48,487 bases of DNA from Flavobacteriales bacterium (GCA_947463345.1 CANHSA010000001.1:1-48487); one strand, 5' to 3'. Positions 36,739-47,596 are shown, counted from the first letter of the stretch. The notes: generated by a model not told the origin, from the sequence alone. Numbers and translations: made by a program.

Positions 36739-38751
36739 ATGTCAACATTAAATTCGCGCATTCCGGACGGTCCAATCTCAGAAAAGTGGACCAATCACAA
36801 AAACCACATGAACTTGGTTGCTCCTAACAACCGTCCCAAAATCGACATCATTGTTGTTGGTACAGGTTTGGCAGGAGCCGCTGCTGCTGCTTCTTTAGGT
36901 GAAATGGGCTACAACGTGAAAGCGTTTTGTTTCCAAGATTCACCAAGAAGAGCACACTCCATTGCAGCTCAAGGTGGTATCAACGCAGCCAAAAACTACC
37001 AAAACGACGGCGACTCCGTTTACCGTCTTTTTTACGACACCATTAAAGGAGGCGACTACCGTGCACGCGAAGCAAACGTTTATCGTTTGGCCGAGGTCTC
37101 TGGGAACATCATCGACCAATGTGTGGCACAAGGCGTTCCTTTTGCCCGCGAATACGGAGGTCTCTTAGACAATCGTTCGTTTGGTGGAACACAAGTACAA
37201 CGCACATTCTACGCTGCTGGCCAAACCGGTCAACAACTTTTATTAGGTGCTTATTCTGCGCTTTCTCGTCAAATCGGTCTTGGTCGTGTCAAAATGTACC
37301 ACCGCCACGAAATGATGGACCTCGTTAAAGTCGATGGCAAAGCGCGTGGTATCATCGCAAGAAACCTCGTTACCGGCGAACTCGAGCGTCATTCTGCACA
37401 CGCAGTTGTCATTGCATCTGGAGGCTACGGAAACGTATACTTCTTGTCAACCAACGCTATGGGCAGCAATGTATCTGCAGCTTGGAAAGTTCACAAAAAA
37501 GGAGCGCACTTTGCAAACCCTTGTTTTGTTCAAATTCACCCAACTTGTATTCCTGTACACGGTACCAACCAGTCAAAGCTTACGCTTATGTCTGAGTCTT
37601 TGCGCAATTCTGGACGCATTTGGGTTCCTATGAAAAAAGAGGACGCCGAAGCCATTCGCGAAGGACGCTTGAAACCAACTCAAATTGCCGAAGAAGACCG
37701 CGATTACTTCTTAGAAAGACGCTACCCAGCATTTGGTAACCTCGTGCCTCGCGACGTTGCGTCAAGAGCTGCCAAAGAAAGATGTGATGCAGGTTACGGA
37801 ATAGAAGCCAACGATACCAATGAAGGCGTTTACTTAGATTTTGCAACCGAAATTCGCAGCAAAGGACGTCAGTCTGCTTTTGCTTTAGGAGACCACAACC
37901 CAACCGAAGAAAAAATCTTAGCCTTGGGCAAAAAGTGGATTGAAGAAAAGTACGGTAACCTTTTCCAGATGTACCAAAAAATTACCGACGACAATCCATA
38001 CGAAACACCAATGAAGATTTATCCAGCAGTTCACTACACAATGGGTGGCGTTTGGGTAGACTACAACCTTCAAAGTAGCATAGAAGGATGCTTCGTGACC
38101 GGAGAAGCCAACTTCTCTGACCACGGTGCCAACCGCTTAGGTGCTTCTGCCCTTATGCAAGGTTTGGCCGATGGCTATTTCGTTTTACCGTATACCATTT
38201 CCAACTATCTCGCAAACGATATCCGCACAGGTAGTATTCCGACCGATAGTCCGGAATTTGAAGCAGCAGAAACAGCTGTCAAAACAAGCATCGATGGTTT
38301 CCTTCAGAACAAAGGAAGCAAGTCAGTAGATCACTTCCATAAACGTCTCGGGCTTATTATGTGGAATAAAGTGGGTATGGCTCGTAATGAAGAAGGTCTT
38401 CAAACCGCAATCGAAGAAATTGGTGCTTTACGCGAAGAATTCTACAAAGATGTATTCGTACCTGGCGATGCCAACGAAATGAATACAGAACTTGAGAAAG
38501 CGATGCGTGTTGCCGACTTCATCGAGTTAGGTCAATTAATGGCCGTAGATGCCTTACATCGCTTAGAGTCTTGTGGTGGTCACTTCCGCGAAGAATACCA
38601 AGACAGCGAAGGCGAAACACTCCGCGACGACGAAAACTTTAAATATGTTGCCGCTTGGGAATACCAAGATGGCGATGCAAAGACAGCAGCGCTTCACAAA
38701 GAAGCACTCAATTACGAGTTCATCAAAATTGCAGCACGCAACTATAAATAA
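36739..38751 (+). CDS. sdhA: Succinate dehydrogenase/fumarate reductase flavoprotein subunit
   Basis: It has FAD-binding [12 protein letters not shown], the covalent-FAD His region [13 protein letters not shown], and HYTMGG. Confidence 0.95.
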   Translation: MSTLNSRIPDGPISEKWTNHKNHMNLVAPNNRPKIDIIVVGTGLAGAAAAASLGEMGYNVKAFCFQDSPRRAHSIAAQGGINAAKNYQNDGDSVYRLFYDTIKGGDYRAREANVYRLAEVSGNIIDQCVAQGVPFAREYGGLLDNRSFGGTQVQRTFYAAGQTGQQLLLGAYSALSRQIGLGRVKMYHRHEMMDLVKVDGKARGIIARNLVTGELERHSAHAVVIASGGYGNVYFLSTNAMGSNVSAAWKVHKKGAHFANPCFVQIHPTCIPVHGTNQSKLTLMSESLRNSGRIWVPMKKEDAEAIREGRLKPTQIAEEDRDYFLERRYPAFGNLVPRDVASRAAKERCDAGYGIEANDTNEGVYLDFATEIRSKGRQSAFALGDHNPTEEKILALGKKWIEEKYGNLFQMYQKITDDNPYETPMKIYPAVHYTMGGVWVDYNLQSSIEGCFVTGEANFSDHGANRLGASALMQGLADGYFVLPYTISNYLANDIRTGSIPTDSPEFEAAETAVKTSIDGFLQNKGSKSVDHFHKRLGLIMWNKVGMARNEEGLQTAIEEIGALREEFYKDVFVPGDANEMNTELEKAMRVADFIELGQLMAVDALHRLESCGGHFREEYQDSEGETLRDDENFKYVAAWEYQDGDAKTAALHKEALNYEFIKIAARNYK

Positions 38752-38757
38752 GTAGAT

Positions 38758-39525
38758 ATGGCTTCAAAATTTATCAATATTACACTCAAAATCTGGAGAC
38801 AAAAAAATACCAACGCTAAAGGTGGTATTGAAACCTACAGCCTTGATAAAGTGTCCACAGATAGTTCCTTTTTAGAAATGCTCGACCAACTCAACGAGCA
38901 ACTCATCAACGAACAACAAGCACCAGTAGCTTTTGACCACGACTGCCGTGAAGGAATTTGCGGGATGTGTTCTTTGTACATCAACGGACGCGCACACGGA
39001 CCCGAAACCGGCACCACCACATGTCAGCTTCATATGCGCAGCTTCAACGACGGTGACACCATCTATGTCGAGCCATGGAGATCTCGTGCATTCCCTATTG
39101 TAAAGGATCTTGTTGTGGATCGCTCTGCTTTTGATCGCATTCAACAAGCCGGCGGATTCGTCTCTGTGAACACTTCCGGACGCACTATGGATGCTAATGC
39201 CCTTCCTATTCCTAAAGCCGATGCAGACAAAGCTTTTGAAGCTGCTGCGTGTATTGGTTGTGGTGCTTGTGTTGCGACTTGTAAAAACGGTTCGGCTATG
39301 CTTTTCGTTGGAGCGAAGGTTTCACAATATGCGCTTTTACCACAAGGAAAAGTGGAAGCAAAAGACCGCGTCATGAATATGGTTCGTCAAATGGACGAAG
39401 AAGGATTCGGAAACTGTACCAACACTGGCGCTTGTGAAGTAGAATGTCCGAAAGGCATTTCTTTAGAAAATATCGCGCGCATGAACCGCGAGTTTTTAAG
39501 TGCCTCTCTTACTGCTGACAAATAA
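38758..39525 (+). CDS. sdhB: Succinate dehydrogenase/fumarate reductase iron-sulfur subunit
   Basis: It has three Cys clusters: [20 protein letters not shown] and [12 protein letters not shown]. Confidence 0.93.
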   Translation: MASKFINITLKIWRQKNTNAKGGIETYSLDKVSTDSSFLEMLDQLNEQLINEQQAPVAFDHDCREGICGMCSLYINGRAHGPETGTTTCQLHMRSFNDGDTIYVEPWRSRAFPIVKDLVVDRSAFDRIQQAGGFVSVNTSGRTMDANALPIPKADADKAFEAAACIGCGACVATCKNGSAMLFVGAKVSQYALLPQGKVEAKDRVMNMVRQMDEEGFGNCTNTGACEVECPKGISLENIARMNREFLSASLTADK

Positions 39526-39543
39526 GTCTCATAAATCTATCAT

Positions 39544-39577
39544 AAAAAAGGGCGGTCATTGACCGCCCTTTTTGTTT
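39544..39577. terminator. Bidirectional rho-independent terminator between sdhB and the convergent small gene
   Basis: AAAAAA-GGGCGGTCA-T-TGACCGCCC-TTTTT; the stem is 9 bp and GC-rich, with an A-run and a T-run on either side. Confidence 0.85.
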
Positions 39578-39619
39578 GAATGAACTATCTAAAACTCATG
39601 TGAAATGAGTAGTTAAGGA

Positions 39620-39847
39620 TTATTTCAATTGCTGGCCTTCTTTTTTGTACCAACCTTCGTTTTCTTTGATATCGACAGGGACATTAGATTTGGCACTGAG
39701 GCGTTTTTGTGTTGTCATCCAGTAATAAAAACCAAAGAAACCTAATAAAACCAATGCTGTGTTGAAGTAGTTTTGGACGAATTCAAAAAAGCCAAAAGCC
39801 CATTGAAATGCATCACCAATTTTGTATACGAAGTCTGTCCAAGTCAT
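39620..39847 (-). CDS. Small (75-aa) hydrophobic protein of unknown function
   Basis: It has one clear TM segment (ALVLLGFFGFYYWM). A TACATTTG -7-like box lies on the minus strand at 39867-39874, 19 nt upstream of the ATG, and a terminator lies downstream. Confidence 0.45.
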   Translation of the reverse strand: MTWTDFVYKIGDAFQWAFGFFEFVQNYFNTALVLLGFFGFYYWMTTQKRLSAKSNVPVDIKENEGWYKKEGQQLK

Positions 39848-39903
39848 GTGTCGTTCTTTTATAAGGCAAATGTACTACAAATTTTATAAAATCAGATACT
39901 GCT

Positions 39904-40623
39904 TTAAATTTCTCCCATTAAACCCAAGGTTTCTTTTGCGGCGGCTTGCTCCGCTTCTTTCTTTGAATGTCCTTTGCCTTTACCATATGCCGTTCTATTG
40001 ATGTTTACGGTCATTTCATAGACGGCCTTTCCTTCAATAAACTGCTCATCCGAAAGCAAGAATTCCAAAGCCAATTTCTTGCGCTGACACCATATAAAAA
40101 GAGCGGACTTAAAGTCAAGTTCTTCTTCTAACAATTTATTGAGGTTGAGGTGTTTTCTAAAAACCGTGTTTTTCAGCACACGCTGTGTTTTATCGAAGCC
40201 GCCATCCAGATAAATGGCGCCGATCAAAGCTTCAAATGCATTCCCTTCTAGGCCCGCAAGATTGATGCTTCGTCCTTGGCTATAAATGAGGTGCTTTCTG
40301 ATGCCCATGCGCTCGCCAATAGCAGAGAGCGACTTGCGGTTTACAATTCGGGACTTGATTTTGGTAAGTTGTCCTTCGTCAATTTCAGGATACTTTTCAT
40401 AGACAAAAGAAGCAACAACTGCGTCTAAAATAGAATCACCTAAAAACTCGAGACGTTCGTTGGCAGCTAATTGTTCGTGGTCAGTAAGCGAACTTTTGTG
40501 GGTTAAAGCTTGAATAAAATAGGCTGCTTTTTGTGGCTTGTAGCCAAACTCAGCTAAAACAAAGCGAATAACTTTCAGCTCTTCGTTTGTTTTTTTCTTA
40601 TTGAAGAGTGGGATTTTGAGCAA
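39904..40623 (-). CDS. rnc: Ribonuclease III
   Basis: It has the RNase III signature NERLEFLGDSILD and a C-terminal dsRBD (GKGKGHSKKEAEQAAA). Confidence 0.92.
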   Translation of the reverse strand: MLKIPLFNKKKTNEELKVIRFVLAEFGYKPQKAAYFIQALTHKSSLTDHEQLAANERLEFLGDSILDAVVASFVYEKYPEIDEGQLTKIKSRIVNRKSLSAIGERMGIRKHLIYSQGRSINLAGLEGNAFEALIGAIYLDGGFDKTQRVLKNTVFRKHLNLNKLLEEELDFKSALFIWCQRKKLALEFLLSDEQFIEGKAVYEMTVNINRTAYGKGKGHSKKEAEQAAAKETLGLMGEI

Positions 40624-40624
40624 C

Positions 40625-41878
40625 TTAAGCTTTAAATTTCTTTACAATGATGGAGGTGTTGTGACCTCCAAAGCCAAAGGTATTGGACAAAGCAATATTG
40701 ACCGTGCGCGCCTGTGGTTTGTGGAAAGTGAAATTGAGCTTAGGGTCAAGTTCGGGATCGTCGGTAAAGTGATTGATGGTTGGTGGAACCATGTCGTTTT
40801 GAACAGCTAGTACGCAAGCCACAGCTTCGATGGCGCCGGCTGCACCTAGTAGGTGGCCTGTCATGGATTTAGTGGAGCTGATGTTCAGGTTGTATGCGTG
40901 CGCGCCAAATACGTGTTGGATGGCCTTTACTTCGGCAATATCGCCAAGTGGGGTAGAGGTTCCGTGTACGTTGACGTAGTCGATTTCTGATGGATCGATT
41001 TCTGCGTCTTCTAGGGCTGCAAGCATGGTGTTGCGGGCTCCTAAGCCTTCTGGGTGCGGTGCGGTCATATGGTAGGCATCGCCTGACATACCGCCGCCGA
41101 TCACCTCAGCGTAAATTTTTGCACCGCGTTTAATGGCGTGTTCGTATTCTTCGAGAATAAGACAGCCAGATCCTTCGCCGAGTACAAAACCGTCGCGATC
41201 GAGGTCGAAGGGACGAGAAGCGGTTTCGGGAGAATCGTTTCGGGTAGAAAGCGCCTTTAAAGCGTTGAATCCGCCCATGCCCATTTCGTTGACACCTGCT
41301 TCTGAACCACCGGTAACGATGGCGTCGGCCTTGCCTAAACGAATGAGGTTAAATGCATCGATGATGGCATTGGTTGCAGATGCACAAGCAGACACACAAA
41401 CGTAGTTTGGACCGCGCAAGCCATATTTAATAGAGATATGACCCGCTGCAATGTCTGCAATCATTTTGGGAATAAAGAATGGATTAAAGCGAGGAGTTCC
41501 GTCGCCGCTAAAATATTCTCTGGCTTCTTCTTGGAATGTTTTTAGACCACCAACACCAGAACCCCAAATGACGCCGATGCGATCGAGGTTTGGGTTAGCC
41601 TCAAGCAAGGCAGCATCTGCCATAGCTTCCGTAGCGGTAACTATGGCATACTGCGAAAATTGATCAAGCTTGCGAGCTTCCTTTTTGTCGATGTGGTCTT
41701 CCACATTGAAATCTTTGAGTTCACATGCAAATTGCGTCTTGAAAAGAGAGGCATTAAATTGTTTAATTGGTGCTGCGCCACTTTTACCCGCCATTAGGGC
41801 ATCCCAGTACTCTTGTACTGTGTTGCCAATTGGCGTTAGTGCACCCAGACCTGTTACAACAACTCTTTTTAATTGCAT
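40625..41878 (-). CDS. fabF: Beta-ketoacyl-ACP synthase II
   Basis: The active-site Cys lies in SACASATNAI. The HGTSTP and GHLLGAAG motifs are present, as is the C-terminal NTFGFGGHN. Confidence 0.95.
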   Translation of the reverse strand: MQLKRVVVTGLGALTPIGNTVQEYWDALMAGKSGAAPIKQFNASLFKTQFACELKDFNVEDHIDKKEARKLDQFSQYAIVTATEAMADAALLEANPNLDRIGVIWGSGVGGLKTFQEEAREYFSGDGTPRFNPFFIPKMIADIAAGHISIKYGLRGPNYVCVSACASATNAIIDAFNLIRLGKADAIVTGGSEAGVNEMGMGGFNALKALSTRNDSPETASRPFDLDRDGFVLGEGSGCLILEEYEHAIKRGAKIYAEVIGGGMSGDAYHMTAPHPEGLGARNTMLAALEDAEIDPSEIDYVNVHGTSTPLGDIAEVKAIQHVFGAHAYNLNISSTKSMTGHLLGAAGAIEAVACVLAVQNDMVPPTINHFTDDPELDPKLNFTFHKPQARTVNIALSNTFGFGGHNTSIIVKKFKA

Positions 41879-41908
41879 ACCCGTAAACTAAAGAATTAGT
41901 GGGAAATG

Positions 41909-42142
41909 TTAAACGTTTGCTTCGATGTAAGCAACAGCGTCACCAACTGTTTGGATACCTTCTGCTTTATCGTCTGGAATAGAAATGTTGAATTGTTTCT
42001 CGAATTCCATGATTAACTCAACAGTGTCAAGTGAATCGGCACCCAAGTCATTGGTGAAGCTAGCTTCGTTAGTTACTTCACTTTCTTCAACATTCAGTTT
42101 ATCTACGATGATCGCGATAACTTTAGCTTTGATATCAGACAT
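41909..42142 (-). CDS. acpP: Acyl carrier protein
   Basis: The 77-aa product has the [16 protein letters not shown] phosphopantetheine site. Confidence 0.95.
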   Translation of the reverse strand: MSDIKAKVIAIIVDKLNVEESEVTNEASFTNDLGADSLDTVELIMEFEKQFNISIPDDKAEGIQTVGDAVAYIEANV

Positions 42143-42279
42143 TTTTTAAATTTTAAAGGTTTCAGCTTGCAAAGAAAAAAACTATCGCCCAATAAACAAA
42201 ACTTATGCCCATTTAATTTATCAACACTTCTTGTCTTAAAGCGGAGGAATCCTACACTATGCTTAACTTTGTAGCCGAA

Positions 42280-42849
42280 ATGCAGGCACAATTAATTCTC
42301 TTTATTTCTGGTGGCGGAAGCAATGCGCGTCAAATTATTCGTTATTTCAAAGGAAATGAACGAGTTAAGGTCGTTGGTGTGCTCTCAAGTAAAGCCAATT
42401 TAGAAATGGAACAATTTTGTTCGCAGCGACAACTTCCATTTCACAACTTACAAGGAAAAGATTTTACAACCTACCTTCAAATCAGTCAAGAATTAAATGC
42501 GAATTGGGTGGTTTTAGCTGGTTTTCTTAAAAAGGTGCCCGCTGAGCTCATCTCCGCTTTTCCAGAACGCATGATCAATATTCACCCAGCGCTGCTTCCA
42601 AATTATGGTGGCGCAGGCATGTATGGTCAGCATGTGCATCTTGCGGTAAGTGCCGCCAAAGAAGCTTTTAGTGGTATCAGTATTCACCTCGTCAACGAAG
42701 AATTCGACAAAGGGAAACTCCTTTTTCAGCATGCAGTAGCCATAATGCCAAATGACAATGCGGCTGAAATCGAGCAAAAAGTGCGGGCATTAGAAATTAA
42801 GCACTTTGCGCCAGACCTAGATGCGTACATAACGGGTGTTACAAAATAG
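42280..42849 (+). CDS. purN: Phosphoribosylglycinamide formyltransferase
   Basis: The translation has ILFISGGGSN, VVLAGFLK, NIHPALLP and HLVNEEFDKG. An alternative start is ATG 42259. Confidence 0.88.
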   Translation: MQAQLILFISGGGSNARQIIRYFKGNERVKVVGVLSSKANLEMEQFCSQRQLPFHNLQGKDFTTYLQISQELNANWVVLAGFLKKVPAELISAFPERMINIHPALLPNYGGAGMYGQHVHLAVSAAKEAFSGISIHLVNEEFDKGKLLFQHAVAIMPNDNAAEIEQKVRALEIKHFAPDLDAYITGVTK

Positions 42850-44113
42850 CGCGCTCTAAATATTGCGCAAATCGAAAACAATCCTCATAAGAATTATAAA
42901 GCGGTGCGGGAGCAATGCGGATGACATTTGGCTCTCTCCAGTCTGCAATGACCCCTAAGTCAGTTAAGCGATCGAACAATTGTTTGCCTTGACCTTTTGC
43001 TAAAATCGAAAGTTGTGCGCCTCGTTCGCTTGGATTTTTGGGTGTAATGATTTCAAACGAGCACTTTTCTTGATTGCGCTCCGAAACATCTTCAATTAAG
43101 AAAGCAAGAAACGCGGTAAGTTGGTTGCGTTTTTGTGCAATGCGCTCCATGCCGGCCTCTTCAAATATTTCAAGCGAAGCTAAATGTGCGGCCATACCTA
43201 AAACTGGTGCATTGCTTAATTGCCAGCCTTCTGCGCCCGGAATTGGGTCAAAGCCTGGCTCCATCTGAAAACGCACTTCTTTGTTGTGACCCCACCATCC
43301 TGCGAAACGAGGTAAAGATTTGTTGTGTGCATGGCGTTCGTGCACAAATAGGCCAGAAACACCGCCAGGAGAAGAATTCAAGTATTTATAACCACACCAA
43401 GCAGCAAAATCGACATTCCAATCATGAAGCTCGAGGTTTACATTGCCCGCAGCGTGCGCTAAATCAAAACCTACAATAGCTCCAACGGCATGGCCCGCAG
43501 CGGTAATTTTTTGCAGGTTGAAATATTGCCCAGTGTAATAATTGACCCCGCCGATCATGACCAGCGCAAGCTCATCGCCAAGTTCGGCTATCTTCTGAAG
43601 GATGTCTTCTTCTCTAATTAAGTGTTCTCCGGGTCTTGGCCCTACTTCTACTAAAGTATCGGCAGGCAAGCCATGAAAAGCTACTTGAGATGCTAATGCG
43701 TATTGATCGCTCGGAAAGGCTTTTTCTTCACATAGAATTTTAACACGCTTACCAGAGGGTCTGTAAAATGAGACCATTAGTAAGTGTAGGTTGGTCGTCA
43801 GGGAATGGGTAATCACTACCTCAATTGGCAATGCACCCACTACCTTTGCCGCCATGTTGGTCAGGTTTTCATGGTAAGAAAACCAAGGTCTTTTGGCTAA
43901 AAAATGCCCTTCTACACCAAAATTTGCCCAAGCATTCAGTTCTTCTTGGATATAGGTTGCGGCCGTTTTTGGCTGAAGCCCTAAGGAGTTCCCAGTGAAA
44001 TAGACTGGGTTTTCATTATGAAAGGTTGGAAAATGAAAGCGCGAACGAAAGGCCGCCAAAGGGTCTTGTTGATCTAATTCTTGGGCGAAGTTTAGGCTAT
44101 TTTCAAATTTCAT
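42839..44113 (-). CDS. kynU: Kynureninase
   Basis: It is PLP-dependent class V-like, with YFTGNSLG, FDLAHAAGN, AAWCGYKYLNSSPG and RIAPAPLYNSYED. I moved the start to ATG 44113, because the track extension overlaps hemL. Confidence 0.9.
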   Translation of the reverse strand: MKFENSLNFAQELDQQDPLAAFRSRFHFPTFHNENPVYFTGNSLGLQPKTAATYIQEELNAWANFGVEGHFLAKRPWFSYHENLTNMAAKVVGALPIEVVITHSLTTNLHLLMVSFYRPSGKRVKILCEEKAFPSDQYALASQVAFHGLPADTLVEVGPRPGEHLIREEDILQKIAELGDELALVMIGGVNYYTGQYFNLQKITAAGHAVGAIVGFDLAHAAGNVNLELHDWNVDFAAWCGYKYLNSSPGGVSGLFVHERHAHNKSLPRFAGWWGHNKEVRFQMEPGFDPIPGAEGWQLSNAPVLGMAAHLASLEIFEEAGMERIAQKRNQLTAFLAFLIEDVSERNQEKCSFEIITPKNPSERGAQLSILAKGQGKQLFDRLTDLGVIADWREPNVIRIAPAPLYNSYEDCFRFAQYLERAIL

Positions 44114-44159
44114 ATGCGCAGCTTTATTCGTAACTTTATGGCCACAAATATACACAAGA

Positions 44160-45470
44160 ATGAAGACTCCCTCTCCTATCGACCGCAGCCATTCAGCAGA
44201 ATTATTCGAAGCAGCAAAAGGATATTTTCCTGGCGGTGTCAATTCACCAGTACGCGCTTTTAAATCTGTTGGGGGCACTCCGCTTTTTATTGCAAAAGGA
44301 AATGGAGCTCAAATTTGGGACGAAGACGGCAATGAGTTTATTGACTTTTGCTGCAGCTGGGGGCCACTGATTCATGGGCATAATCACCCACATGTATTTG
44401 AAAAAATTGTAGGGGCGTTACAAAATGGCGCTAGTTTCGGCGCGCCTACGCGCAAAGAAAACGAGCTCGCAGCCTTCATGCTGAAAAGACTACCCTTTAT
44501 CGATAAAATTCGGTTCACAAGTTCTGGTACCGAGGCCGTCATGAGCGCATTGCGTTTGGCGCGAGGAGCCACAGGAAAAAATAAAATCCTCAAATTTGAA
44601 GGTTGTTACCACGGGCATGTCGATGCGCTTTTGGTAAAAGCAGGTAGTGGCTTGGTTACTTTTGGAACCTCATCCAGTGCTGGTGTTCCTGAATCCTTTG
44701 CCAACGAAACACTTGTTTTGCCACTCAATGATGCCGAAGCATTAACCCAATGTTTTGAAACCCAACATCAAGATCTTGCCGCTGTAATTATTGAGCCAAT
44801 ACCCGCCAACAATGGCCTGCTATTGCAAGACAAATCCTTTTTAAATCTATTGCGCTCCCTCTGTACAAAGTACGGTGTGCTACTCATTTTTGATGAAGTC
44901 ATTTCTGGCTTCAGGGTTGCCTTTGGTGGCGCAGCTGAGCTTTTTGGTATTACACCAGACATCGTTACCTATGGTAAAATTATTGGTGGTGGCTTGCCTG
45001 TTGGCGCCTACGGCGCCAAAAAAGAAATCATGGCGAATGTTTCGCCTGAAGGGCCGGTTTACCAAGCAGGCACACTTTCTGGAAACCCAGTAGCTATGGC
45101 GGCTGGGCTAGCCCAGCTCGAACTTTGTGCAGCAGATGATTTTTATATCAATCAAGCGCAGCGCACCCAACAATTTGTGGATAGCATCAATAGCTTTGCC
45201 CTTGCCCAGCAGTATCCTATGGAACTTGTCTGTGTGGGTTCTGTTTTTTGGTTCTCATTTAACGGCAAAAAACGCATCACTGCTGCCGATCAAATTGACG
45301 GCGACATGACCGCTTTTAATTTTATGCACCACTATCTATTAAATGTTGGTGTCTATTTCGGGCCTAGTGGTTACGAGGTCGGCTTTGTTTCATCGGCCCA
45401 TACCGATGCGCAGTTGGCATTTGCCGCCGAACAAATCAAAGCCGCACTTGCGGCTTTCTATCAAAAGTAA
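44160..45470 (+). CDS. hemL: Glutamate-1-semialdehyde 2,1-aminomutase
   Basis: The translation has GGVNSPVRAF, FTSSGTEA, DEVISGFR and TYGKIIGGGLP (the PLP Lys). Confidence 0.95.
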   Translation: MKTPSPIDRSHSAELFEAAKGYFPGGVNSPVRAFKSVGGTPLFIAKGNGAQIWDEDGNEFIDFCCSWGPLIHGHNHPHVFEKIVGALQNGASFGAPTRKENELAAFMLKRLPFIDKIRFTSSGTEAVMSALRLARGATGKNKILKFEGCYHGHVDALLVKAGSGLVTFGTSSSAGVPESFANETLVLPLNDAEALTQCFETQHQDLAAVIIEPIPANNGLLLQDKSFLNLLRSLCTKYGVLLIFDEVISGFRVAFGGAAELFGITPDIVTYGKIIGGGLPVGAYGAKKEIMANVSPEGPVYQAGTLSGNPVAMAAGLAQLELCAADDFYINQAQRTQQFVDSINSFALAQQYPMELVCVGSVFWFSFNGKKRITAADQIDGDMTAFNFMHHYLLNVGVYFGPSGYEVGFVSSAHTDAQLAFAAEQIKAALAAFYQK

Positions 45471-45486
45471 TCCCTAGCTTTAGGCT

Positions 45487-46506
45487 GTGAATTTAGTAAC
45501 TGGTGCCACCGGACTTCTCGGAAGTCATGTCTTAATTGAGTTAAGCAAACGCAATATGCCGGTTCGGGCAGCGTATCGCAACGAACAAAAAATTGCTGCC
45601 GTACAAGCGCTGTTTGATTACTATTTGAAAGAAAATGCAGCTGAAAAATGGGCGCTCATCGAATGGGTAAAAGCTGACCTTCTCGACATAGATGACTTAA
45701 AGCATCTTGTTCAGGGCAGCACAAATATTTATCATTGTGCAGCACTTGTTTCATTTTTTAAAGCAGATTTTGAAGCCTGCATTCAACAAAACCGTTACGT
45801 AACTGCCAATTTAGTCGATCTTGCCAATGCAATGGGTGTCCGACACTTTTGCCACGTGAGTTCTACTGCTTCTATTGGGGGCAAAGAAGCGCTCGTTAGT
45901 GAAAAGTCTAAATGGGACGAAGGCGGGCAACACAGCGGATACGGCGTTTCCAAACGCATGGCTGAAAAGGAAGTTTGGCGAGGTATTGAAGAAGGATTGC
46001 GCGCCGTCATTGTGAACCCATGTGTCATTTTAGGCCCTGCTGCCCCTGGTAGTCCGTCTTTGCAAATGCTCCTTACAGCGCAAAAGGGCTTGCGCTTTTA
46101 CACGAGTGGCGCCAACGCCGTTGTAGACGCCCGAGACGTAGCGTGGGCAATGGTGGAGCTCATTGAACAAAATATTCATGCAGAACGCTTCTTAGTAGTT
46201 GGGCCACAACAAACTTTTAGAGACTTATTTGGCGCATTTGCGCAGCAGCTCGGGCGCAAAGCGCCTAGTATTGCTGCGCCCAGAGCACTTACACTGCTTT
46301 TTGCAGCTGTTCACGAACTTTGGTGCCATATCACAGGTAAACGCGAGGGCCTCACCATAGAAACAGCGCGTTCTTCGCATGAAGTCTTGCGCTACAACCG
46401 CAACAAAATCGAACAACAATTGTCATTTAAATATACGCCCTTAGCAGACATCATTCAGAACATGATTGCCGGGCAAGCTTTTATTGAAAAAAACATCGAG
46501 CCTTGA
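45487..46506 (+). CDS. NAD-dependent epimerase/dehydratase-family (extended SDR) protein
   Basis: It has the Rossmann motif VTGATGLLGSH and YGVSK (YxxxK). It starts with GTG, and its stop overlaps the next gene's start. Confidence 0.75.
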   Translation: MNLVTGATGLLGSHVLIELSKRNMPVRAAYRNEQKIAAVQALFDYYLKENAAEKWALIEWVKADLLDIDDLKHLVQGSTNIYHCAALVSFFKADFEACIQQNRYVTANLVDLANAMGVRHFCHVSSTASIGGKEALVSEKSKWDEGGQHSGYGVSKRMAEKEVWRGIEEGLRAVIVNPCVILGPAAPGSPSLQMLLTAQKGLRFYTSGANAVVDARDVAWAMVELIEQNIHAERFLVVGPQQTFRDLFGAFAQQLGRKAPSIAAPRALTLLFAAVHELWCHITGKREGLTIETARSSHEVLRYNRNKIEQQLSFKYTPLADIIQNMIAGQAFIEKNIEP

Positions 46507-47123
46507 GTCGAAAACTGATCATTTTCATCGGTATCTTTTACCTTGTTGGTATTGTTGGTATGTCTCTAGGGCCCTACAAAGCTTTCTTTGTGGGCTTGTC
46601 CTTCTTTCATTTATTGCTTTCTTTTGGTATTCTCTTATTAGGAAGAAAAAAACACTCGACCACCTTTTGGCTTTTCATCGGCATAGCATTTGCAACCGGC
46701 ATGTTGGTTGAATGGATTGGCGTGCATACGGGTTATTTATTCGGGGACTACCAATACGGCAGGGTTTTAGGACCAAAACTCTTAGGTGTACCACTCATTA
46801 TTGGCATCAATTGGGCAATGCTCAGCATTGTGAGCGCTTCACTCCTTTCCACACTCAAATTGAACTTTTGGATGGAAGTGCTTGCCGCGGCAACCTTAAT
46901 GGTTTTCCTGGATTTCTTAATGGAACCTGTTGCTGTCAAGCTCGGTTTTTGGTACTGGAAAGACGGCATTATACCGGTCTATAATTATGTATGTTGGTTT
47001 GTCACTGCAGTTTTTTTACAATTTGTATTCCGCAAATGGCGCCTCAATGAGGCAAACAATGTGGCGGTGTCGTTGTTTATCTACATGACGATTTTCTTTA
47101 CTTTTTTAAATTTTCGCTTATGA
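46503..47123 (+). CDS. Carotenoid biosynthesis membrane protein (DUF422/CruF-like, putative carotenoid 1,2-hydratase family)
   Basis: It is polytopic, with the motif WIGVHTGYLFGDYQYG...LGVPLIIGINW. It is translationally coupled to crtZ. The family call is from memory. Confidence 0.55.
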   Translation: MSRKLIIFIGIFYLVGIVGMSLGPYKAFFVGLSFFHLLLSFGILLLGRKKHSTTFWLFIGIAFATGMLVEWIGVHTGYLFGDYQYGRVLGPKLLGVPLIIGINWAMLSIVSASLLSTLKLNFWMEVLAAATLMVFLDFLMEPVAVKLGFWYWKDGIIPVYNYVCWFVTAVFLQFVFRKWRLNEANNVAVSLFIYMTIFFTFLNFRL

Positions 47124-47596
47124 CTTGGTGGGGTCCGGTAGTTACACTTGCTACTTTTTTCGGAATGGAATTTATGGCTTGGGCTACGCACAAATATGTC
47201 ATGCATGGCATTATGTGGTATTTTCATAAAGATCATCATCAGGTAGAGCCAGGCTTCTTCGAGAAAAACGACGTGTTCTTTTTGATTTATGCCATTCCGT
47301 CTTGGTTGTGTATCATGCTCGGCCTCATGAACCAAAACTACCTCCCTGTTTGGATTGGCTTTGGCATAGCCGCATACGGTTTGGCTTATTTTCTGATCCA
47401 CGACGTCTATATCCACCGCCGCTTTAAATGGCTACGCGACATCGAGCATCCTTATTTTTATGCCATCCGCAGAGCACACAAAATGCACCACAAACATTTG
47501 GGTAAAGCCCATGGCGAGTGTTTCGGTATGCTTCTCGTGCCAATTCGTTTTTATATCGAGAGCGCTAAGCAATTTAAAAAACAACAAAACGCATGA
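47120..47596 (+). CDS. crtZ: Beta-carotene 3-hydroxylase
   Basis: It has the histidine boxes HKYVMHG, HKDHH, HDVYIHRR and HKMHHKH. Confidence 0.85.
   Translation: MTWWGPVVTLATFFGMEFMAWATHKYVMHGIMWYFHKDHHQVEPGFFEKNDVFFLIYAIPSWLCIMLGLMNQNYLPVWIGFGIAAYGLAYFLIHDVYIHRRFKWLRDIEHPYFYAIRRAHKMHHKHLGKAHGECFGMLLVPIRFYIESAKQFKKQQNA

Noticed and set aside
42143-42279. ZTP (pfl) riboswitch upstream of purN, or of purH at 27855-27890
   Set aside because: No GGGUCGUGAC / CCGCCUGGGC-like conserved cores are present. The purH leader is only ~35 nt after the nrdA terminator.
44114-44278. 55-aa extension of the kynureninase ORF overlapping the hemL start
   Set aside because: The extension is antisense to the well-supported hemL N-terminus. 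The kynureninase-like sequence begins at MKFENSLNFAQ (ATG 44113).
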